This document shows, one piece after another, positions 1 through 5,046 of a DNA stretch of 26,765 bases. This stretch comes from a virus. Its lineage: Duplodnaviria > Caudoviricetes. The notes under the pieces were generated by a model that was given only the letters and a program-made list of their open reading frames with translations, was not told the origin of the DNA and made no database searches. The position numbers and the translations under genes are program-made. The stretch spans positions 1-26,765 of the IMG/VR virus record IMGVR_UViG_3300042400_000815. One strand, given 5' to 3'. Each line of letters begins with the position of its first letter. The stretch's first letter is position 1.

Positions 1-559
1 CATTTCCTGCGTAGTGATGAAAGGCTTTTATTGCAACCTCCTCAGTGTATTTATTCTCTTGGAAGAATGCCTTTACTTCTTCTTCAGTTGGCGGCACAAA
101 AACCTTTTTTTCTTTCTTTTCTTTTTTTGCCGTATATATATTATTATTTCTATTATTATAATCTTCTATATTTACTAGGCTTTTTTCAGGATAGGTATTG
201 GAGATTTCTCCAATAGGGTTTTCGTTTTCCTCCAATAGGGGTATAGTATTAAAATCAGGTAGGACATTCGATAAAGCATGGATACTCGAAAGCAATCTTT
301 TGACAACTTCTTTATTCTCATTTCTAAACTCCTTTCTTTTCACATATCCAATTTCAACTAACTTTGAAATAACTCTACTTACCGTATCTTTTTTTAAGTC
401 TAATTGAGAAGCTATGTATGCATTACTAGCCCAACAATCTCCATTTTTTTTAGATAGCCCACAAATCATGGCATATACTAACTTATCGGTACTAGATAGT
501 TTTTTATCCATTAATATACTCATTGGTATAGATACTGAATATGCTATTGATTCACTCAT
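1..559 (-). CDS. Phage replication initiator / replisome-organizer-type protein with N-terminal winged HTH (3' end beyond window)
   Basis: Not in ORF track; read manually. ATG at 559, 2 nt after the upstream TAA, open to position 2. Translation: MSESIAYSVSIPMSILMDKKLSSTDKLVYAMICGLSKKNGDCWASNAYIASQLDLKKDTVSRVISKLVEIGYV (HTH_36-like pattern), an Asn/Lys-rich linker, then FVPPTEEEVKAFF, a motif typical of Bacteroidota phage replication proteins. Confidence 0.8.
   Translation of the reverse strand, partial: MSESIAYSVSIPMSILMDKKLSSTDKLVYAMICGLSKKNGDCWASNAYIASQLDLKKDTVSRVISKLVEIGYVKRKEFRNENKEVVKRLLSSIHALSNVLPDFNTIPLLEENENPIGEISNTYPEKSLVNIEDYNNRNNNIYTAKKEKKEKKVFVPPTEEEVKAFFQENKYTEEVAIKAFHHYAGN
186..240. 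repeat. 22-bp-period iteron-like repeats inside the initiator gene (candidate origin)
   Basis: CTCCAATAGGG at 208-218 and 230-240. The ATAGG core recurs at 191, 213 and 235. Inverted copy TATTGGAG at 196-203. An AT-rich tract is adjacent (~105-186). Confidence 0.5.
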
Positions 560-561
560 AA

Positions 562-1086
562 TTATATATTTTTAATAAATTCAAGATCACCATCAGTTAA
601 GGCAAACCACTCACCTCTAACCCATTTATCCTGAAAAATTTCATGTAACATCTTCTCTTGATTTGTTGTTCCTGGGAAAAAAAATAAAAGTTCTATTGAT
701 GATTTTTGACTAAGTAAGGTAGCTTCTCTTTTTGTAGGTCTATCACTTCTTCCAATTTTATAGTGACCAGTATGATTATCTTTCATTATGTATATATTTG
801 TTAATCTTACAAGCTTCTCTTTTTTTTCTTTTTTTACATTTTGATGACTCGTGGATTCCAAATGAACTCTTTTCTGGTCTTCTAACCAAAGCTTATGATT
901 TTCAACAAAATCAACATTGTTAGCAATAAATGATAATGTTTTTTTTAATGTGCTGATGTATTCTAAAATACAATCTTCTGTTAAAAAATTACTGTTGTTA
1001 TCAAAAAAAATATCTAGTTGCCTGTTGTGAAACAAACCAATCATATCTTTATTTAGATCTCCTCGTGTAATACCTAATTTTTCCAT
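562..1086 (-). CDS. GIY-YIG superfamily nuclease-domain protein (T5orf172/MUG113-like C-terminal domain), 174 aa
   Basis: C-terminal pattern IYIMKD-x4-HYKIGRS-x2-P-x2-R...E-x2-LH-x2-F...VRGEWF. Start moved to ATG 1086 (MEKLG) because the track's longer GTG start lies inside the structured leader. Confidence 0.8.
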   Translation of the reverse strand: MEKLGITRGDLNKDMIGLFHNRQLDIFFDNNSNFLTEDCILEYISTLKKTLSFIANNVDFVENHKLWLEDQKRVHLESTSHQNVKKEKKEKLVRLTNIYIMKDNHTGHYKIGRSDRPTKREATLLSQKSSIELLFFFPGTTNQEKMLHEIFQDKWVRGEWFALTDGDLEFIKNI

Positions 1087-1100
1087 AATATTTTTGAGAT

Positions 1101-1187
1101 AAAAATGCCCCGAAGAACAGGGAGGTAGAGGACTCACCTATTCAACAGGGCTAATGTTTTTATGTTTTTGTCGGCCTCTACTCCAAC
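1101..1187 (-). ncRNA. Structured 5' leader RNA: two hairpins with complementary loops (kissing loop) followed by a U-rich tract
   Basis: Hairpin 1 GUUGG-AGUAGAGG-CCGAC (1187-1170). Hairpin 2 GCCCUG-UU-GAAUAGG-U-GAG-UCCUCUAC-CUC-CCUGUUC-UU-CGGGGC (1151-1107), then AUUUUU. The loops pair over 7 bp. Three G-U pairs work only on the minus strand. Confidence 0.7.
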
Positions 1188-1191
1188 GAAA

Positions 1192-1223
1192 CAAATGTAA
1201 TACTTTTTACGCTGCTCTCCAAA
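1192..1223 (-). promoter_or_regulatory. Bacteroidota primary-sigma promoter for the nuclease/initiator operon
   Basis: TTTG (1223-1220), 20 nt, TACATTTG (1199-1192): full match to TTTG-N19-21-TAnnTTTG, directly upstream of leader hairpin 1. Confidence 0.75.
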
Positions 1224-1425
1224 TACGAACACCGCCATCCATAGTTCTTGCGGTTAGCTCGTAATTTCTTTTCTTCTTTTGGTAGAATAATTTAGCTAGG
1301 TACTTTGAGGTCTCTCCTTCAACAAAGAAAGAATCTCCCACCTCTAGTTCTGGCAAGATATATTCAGTCTTGCGTCCTCGTCCACTACTATCTGGGATCG
1401 GAATGTTTTTGTCAATGTGTAACAT
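1207..1425 (-). CDS. Small conserved phage protein (72 aa), putative DNA-binding/regulatory
   Basis: IDKNIPIP...LEVGDSFFV...R-x4-GVRIWR pattern of a widespread small phage family; function inferred. Start moved to ATG 1425 because a promoter lies between it and the track start. Confidence 0.65.
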   Translation of the reverse strand: MLHIDKNIPIPDSSGRGRKTEYILPELEVGDSFFVEGETSKYLAKLFYQKKKRNYELTARTMDGGVRIWRAA

Positions 1426-1457
1426 GGTATTTTCTATTATGTGTGTTTTTACTTTTG

Positions 1458-1490
1458 CAAATATAGTGTTACCCTTACAAATATTCCAAA
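1458..1490 (-). promoter_or_regulatory. Bacteroidota-type leftward promoter
   Basis: TTTG (1490-1487), 21 nt, TATATTTG (1465-1458), about 30 nt upstream of ATG 1425. Confidence 0.7.
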
Positions 1491-1567
1491 TAAATTTTAA
1501 TAACAAGTAAACACCGAATTGTTGAAAACTATGCAAACGCAAATATATTATTCAAAACAAATGTAAG

Positions 1568-1575
1568 TATATTTG
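1568..1575 (+). promoter_or_regulatory. Bacteroidota -7 element, rightward promoter for the SSB-like gene
   Basis: TATATTTG(CA) ending 19 nt before ATG 1595; no canonical -33 TTTG seen. Confidence 0.6.
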
Positions 1576-1594
1576 CAAAACAAAATTACATAAA

Positions 1595-1939
1595 ATGAAT
1601 ATTAAAGGAAAAATCAAATCGGTAAGTCAGACCGAACAAAAGAGTGACAAGTTTGCTGTTAGAACATTTGTTATTGAGATTGAGGGTAAGTACCCTGAAC
1701 TTATTGAGTTTCAACTCGTAAACAATAATACGTTTATCATTGATCCTTTCAAAATAGGGGATGAAGTTGATGTTCAGTTTAATCTTAAAGGAAGAGAGTA
1801 TAAAGGAAGAGTGTACAACTCTTTACAGGCATGGAAGATTGAAGGAGAATCTAAATCAAGCAATAATGAAACAGCCCCAAGAGAAAACGCCCCCCAGACC
1901 ACAAACCAAAATAAAGACGAAAGCGACCTCCCGTTCTAA
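1595..1939 (+). CDS. DUF3127-family OB-fold single-stranded DNA-binding-like protein
   Basis: I-x-GKI...FVIE...KYP-x2-IEFQL...GDEV-x-V-x-FNL-x-GRE...YNSLQAWKIE, a disordered tail and an acidic SSB-type C-terminus DESDLPF. Confidence 0.85.
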   Translation: MNIKGKIKSVSQTEQKSDKFAVRTFVIEIEGKYPELIEFQLVNNNTFIIDPFKIGDEVDVQFNLKGREYKGRVYNSLQAWKIEGESKSSNNETAPRENAPQTTNQNKDESDLPF

Positions 1940-1948
1940 GTCAAAAAG

Positions 1949-1978
1949 AAAGTCCCCCTTGTTTAGGGGGATTTTTGT
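1949..1978 (+). terminator. Intrinsic terminator after the SSB-like gene
   Basis: AAAGTCCCCCT-TGTTT-AGGGGGATTTT stem followed by T-rich sequence. Confidence 0.7.
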
Positions 1979-1985
1979 ATTTTTG
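1978..1985 (+). promoter_or_regulatory. Bacteroidota -7 element overlapping the terminator tail
   Basis: TATTTTTG ending 15 nt before ATG 2001; -33 element not canonical. Confidence 0.4.
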
Positions 1986-2000
1986 GATAAAATAAAATCT

Positions 2001-2342
2001 ATGTTTTTCAAATCCAAGAAAAAAGAACAAGAAGAATCTGTACCATTGCCAGTTCTTTGTAGTACGTATTGTGTAGTTTGGAATAGCGAAGAAGAGATTG
2101 AGTCAAACCCAAGCCAGGGCCTTTATACGGATTACGTTCCGATTATTTTTGACGTAACTAAAGTCACTGCTATACAGGCTGATGTTGAGTTTAGAAATGA
2201 CGGATCTGCATCGATAGGATCAAGAACACTAATATATTTAATAGGTTCTAGCGAGCCTCTGATAGTTGACTCTCCATATAAAACTTTTGTAGAATACTTT
2301 ACTTTATTAAAATCAAATGAAGCTCACAATAATACTAAGTGA
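2001..2342 (+). CDS. Hypothetical protein, 113 aa
   Basis: Start moved to ATG 2001 (MFFKSKKK), which has an A-rich leader. The track start at 1761 overlaps the SSB gene and crosses a terminator. Confidence 0.65.
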   Translation: MFFKSKKKEQEESVPLPVLCSTYCVVWNSEEEIESNPSQGLYTDYVPIIFDVTKVTAIQADVEFRNDGSASIGSRTLIYLIGSSEPLIVDSPYKTFVEYFTLLKSNEAHNNTK

Positions 2343-2373
2343 GGTGTAGTTTGAAAATATTTAAATAAGCTAT

Positions 2374-3531
2374 ATGACAATACAACAACTAGTACAGATA
2401 CTCCAAGCTAGACCAGGCTACTTAAAATCAGGTCCAAGTTACATAGCAAGGAAATTTAAAGTTAGTTTGAAAGACGCTACAACAGCTTTAAAGACCGTTA
2501 GATCTGAAGTAAAAAAAGTTGACAGGAAGGTTGTGAAGGTTGAGTTGTCTAACGATTCTGATAATGTTATAACTGAGTTTGAACAGTATCTAGATAAAAA
2601 TGGCATTGACCACTCAATGGTTAATTCCGTTAAATACTGGCAAAACATGAAAGGAGAACAGCGATTCTCTGTAGTAACTAAAAGTGAGAGAAGAGCTGAA
2701 GAGATTCAAAAAGACATTGAAGAATTTGCAGCTAGTTACAGTCCTAAAGCTAGAGTAGTAACTAAAGGCAGAGGACCTGACTACAAAGTGAAGTCAACTC
2801 TTGAGATCTCTTTGCCTGATATTCACTATGGAAAATTAACAGATATTACCTTAGAGGAAATGGAAAAGCAATTCCTTGACACTATTGAAGATTTAGTTAA
2901 CAAAGGAAGAGGAATAAATATTGAGAAGATTCTTCTCCCAATCGGAAATGACGGAATGAATACAGATGGCATGAGAATGGCCACAACAAAGGGTACACCT
3001 CAGCATGATGTTATTGGATGGAAAGAATCATTTAAGGGATATTGGACTCTAATAGTTAGAGCAGTAGATTTTTTAAAAAGTGTAGCCCCTGTAGATATTA
3101 TTGTTGTATCTGGAAATCATGACTACGAGAGAATGTTTTATGCTGGAGATGTATTGGCAGGGTGGTACAGAAATGATCCAAACGTAAATGTAGATAACTC
3201 TACAATGCCTAGAAAATATTACAGATATGGTAAAAACATGATAATGTTTACCCATGGAGATAATGAAAAACCTGCTGATATGCCTCTAATAATGGCTACT
3301 GAGAATCCAGAAATGTTCGCGGAAACCGAGTTTAGAGAGGCTCATTGTGGACATTACCACAAAGAACAAGTAAATGAATACCGAGGTGTTAAGGTGAGAT
3401 TTCTGCCTTCAATATGTGCGTTAGATGAATGGCACAAGAAGATGGGGTATCAATCATTAAGAGCAGCTCAGGCATTTATTTGGAATCATGATGAAGGTCT
3501 TGAGGGATATTTACAAAGCAATGTTAAATAA
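2374..3531 (+). CDS. Calcineurin-like metallophosphoesterase with N-terminal HTH-like extension
   Basis: Five metal-binding motifs in order: PDIHYG, GNDGMNTD, SGNHD, FTHGD, CGHYH. Confidence 0.85.
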   Translation: MTIQQLVQILQARPGYLKSGPSYIARKFKVSLKDATTALKTVRSEVKKVDRKVVKVELSNDSDNVITEFEQYLDKNGIDHSMVNSVKYWQNMKGEQRFSVVTKSERRAEEIQKDIEEFAASYSPKARVVTKGRGPDYKVKSTLEISLPDIHYGKLTDITLEEMEKQFLDTIEDLVNKGRGINIEKILLPIGNDGMNTDGMRMATTKGTPQHDVIGWKESFKGYWTLIVRAVDFLKSVAPVDIIVVSGNHDYERMFYAGDVLAGWYRNDPNVNVDNSTMPRKYYRYGKNMIMFTHGDNEKPADMPLIMATENPEMFAETEFREAHCGHYHKEQVNEYRGVKVRFLPSICALDEWHKKMGYQSLRAAQAFIWNHDEGLEGYLQSNVK

Positions 3532-3550
3532 AATACAACAAATTAGAACT

Positions 3551-3652
3551 ATGAAATTATACATTTTGTCATTTGATACTGCCTATGAGACAGATAACAG
3601 TAGACAGGCAATATTGTTGCTTTCCATGTTTACACAGGTAAAAAATCACTAA
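3551..3652 (+). CDS. Possible 33-aa small ORF
   Basis: MKLYILSFDTAYETDNSRQAILLLSMFTQVKNH, with an A-rich leader and A at -3. It fills the gap between the phosphoesterase gene and the hairpin at 3658-3680. No homology evidence. Confidence 0.35.
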   Translation: MKLYILSFDTAYETDNSRQAILLLSMFTQVKNH

Positions 3653-3680
3653 CAAAAAATGGGAACCGTTGTTCCCACTT
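3651..3680 (-). terminator. Intrinsic terminator oriented on the minus strand
   Basis: Minus strand reads AAGTGGGAAC-AACG-GTTCCC-A-TTTTTT-GTT. The plus-strand side has only 3 T after the stem. Confidence 0.65.
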
Positions 3681-3724
3681 TCTGCACACAAATAAAAAAC
3701 ACACACAGGACTAGAACAGTCCTA
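3652..3724 (-). ncRNA. Putative small regulatory RNA (~72 nt) with GU-rich seed
   Basis: Upstream -7 element TACTTTTG (3734-3727); 5' hairpin AGGACU-GUUCU-AGUCCU; unpaired GUGUGUGUUUUUUAUUUGUGUG; terminator GUGGGAAC-AACG-GUUCCCAU running into a U6 tract. No minus-strand CDS upstream explains the terminator. Confidence 0.6.
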
Positions 3725-3726
3725 TA

Positions 3727-3734
3727 CAAAAGTA
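3727..3734 (-). promoter_or_regulatory. Bacteroidota -7 element driving the putative sRNA
   Basis: TACTTTTG, 3 nt upstream of the first hairpin; the same geometry as the promoter/hairpin pair at 1192/1187. Confidence 0.55.
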
Positions 3735-3764
3735 TTTCAATTTCACACACGAAAAAAACATTAT

Positions 3765-4394
3765 ATGAAGTATTTGAATTATTTACCTGTTATTTTAAAT
3801 GATGGAAATCATTTAGTTACGGGTTTTAACATAGGGGAAACTAGAATACATATGTCACTTCACCAAAACGGTCAAGATGCAGAGTATTGGACAAACATTG
3901 ACTGCACGGTACACTCCGATTATTTAACGTGGAAAAAGGGAGATAGCGTATTTATTAAGTACAATGAAATCCGAGAAATGTGTGGTGTATACGGAGAGTC
4001 AAATAGAATTATTTTTGATGGAGATGCTAAGGTTCATCTTGCGAATCCAGAAATGGTTTATCTTACTATACGTGATGGAGAAATGATTATTCCTAACGGA
4101 TTTTCTTTAGTACTTCCAGCTTTACAAAATAAAAAGAAAAGTGATTTTGTTATTACAATTGATAAGGACGAGGAAGATACATTTGAAAAAGATGTGTGGA
4201 GAATAATAAAAGTTGGAGGTCCAAGTCCTGAAAAAGAACTTGCCTTTGGTACTGATGCTATCCCTCAAGAGGGGTGGTATGTGAAGGTAAGAAAAGATCG
4301 TGGCGTTCCTCTAGAGGCTCACTTAAATAAAAAGCTTAAGGAGAGATATTTTTTAATTAGACACAATGATGTAATGGGTTATGAAATTCGATAA
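3765..4394 (+). CDS. GroES/Cpn10-like protein (probably two tandem GroES-like folds)
   Basis: First half KKGDSVFIKY...GDAKVHL; second half IIKVGG...EGWYVKV...RYFLIRHNDVMG resembles the Cpn10 pattern (VxxVG...GDxV...YxxxxxxDIxG). Lies upstream of the packaging genes. Confidence 0.5.
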   Translation: MKYLNYLPVILNDGNHLVTGFNIGETRIHMSLHQNGQDAEYWTNIDCTVHSDYLTWKKGDSVFIKYNEIREMCGVYGESNRIIFDGDAKVHLANPEMVYLTIRDGEMIIPNGFSLVLPALQNKKKSDFVITIDKDEEDTFEKDVWRIIKVGGPSPEKELAFGTDAIPQEGWYVKVRKDRGVPLEAHLNKKLKERYFLIRHNDVMGYEIR

Positions 4395-5046
4395 CAAAGA
4401 GTTTGAGAAATTAAAATATCCTATCCATAAGATACCTATGGATCAGCCTGTTCTATTTGAATTTTCTGATCTATCTAAATTCTCTATAATATTCTCGGCA
4501 AATGATTTACCTAAGCAATTAGATCCTGATCTTGTTTTGAGATATTTGATATTTATGTATGACTTAGGATCTCCAGGGCAGGGTATTCCCGATTTAAAAA
4601 GAAGAAAGACATGGGCTATGCAGTGCCTCAATATTGAACCTCCATATTCAAAACATATTACAGATATGTTGTCTTGGAAAATTAAGGGCGTGAATAGAAG
4701 GGCAATATATTTCTTACTGCTTATGGGTGGTGAACAGTATATGGTTTGGAAGTCCGCAGAGGAAGCCCTCTTACGTTACACTGAATTAGAGATTAAATTA
4801 GAGGCAGAGGATGAAGCAGCTCAAGCAAAGATAGTTCAGGCAGAGAAGACGCGAAGGGAGATTATTAATATGACTATGAGTCAGATTACTTCTTCTAAGA
4901 ATGAATTTTTGCAAGGAGAAAAAAGTAAGGATCTTGATGATGAGTTGACTGAGTTTACTTTGCTCGATTCGCTAGGCATTAGGCCCGAAGAATATATTCG
5001 TGAATTTCAAGATAAAGGGGATGTATTTCCTGAAATAGATGCGTGA
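4381..5046 (+). CDS. Hypothetical helical protein, candidate terminase small subunit
   Basis: 221 aa with a coiled-coil-like C-terminal half; overlaps the TerL start by 8 nt. Function is inferred from position only. Confidence 0.4.
   Translation: MKFDNKEFEKLKYPIHKIPMDQPVLFEFSDLSKFSIIFSANDLPKQLDPDLVLRYLIFMYDLGSPGQGIPDLKRRKTWAMQCLNIEPPYSKHITDMLSWKIKGVNRRAIYFLLLMGGEQYMVWKSAEEALLRYTELEIKLEAEDEAAQAKIVQAEKTRREIINMTMSQITSSKNEFLQGEKSKDLDDELTEFTLLDSLGIRPEEYIREFQDKGDVFPEIDA

Noticed and set aside
31-407. Plus-strand ORFs 31..216 and 198..407
   Set aside because: Antisense shadows of the minus-strand initiator gene; low-complexity F/Y/L translation.
1107-1187. HDV-like (theta) ribozyme or tRNA
   Set aside because: Visible topology is two hairpins with loop-loop pairing, not a nested double pseudoknot or cloverleaf, and there is no adjacent tRNA. 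Judged by eye only.
1087-1542. Long starts given for ORFs 562..1137 and 1207..1542 (likewise 1761..2342 and 13349..14911)
   Set aside because: The extensions run through promoters, terminators or structured leaders; downstream ATGs with A-rich leaders fit better.
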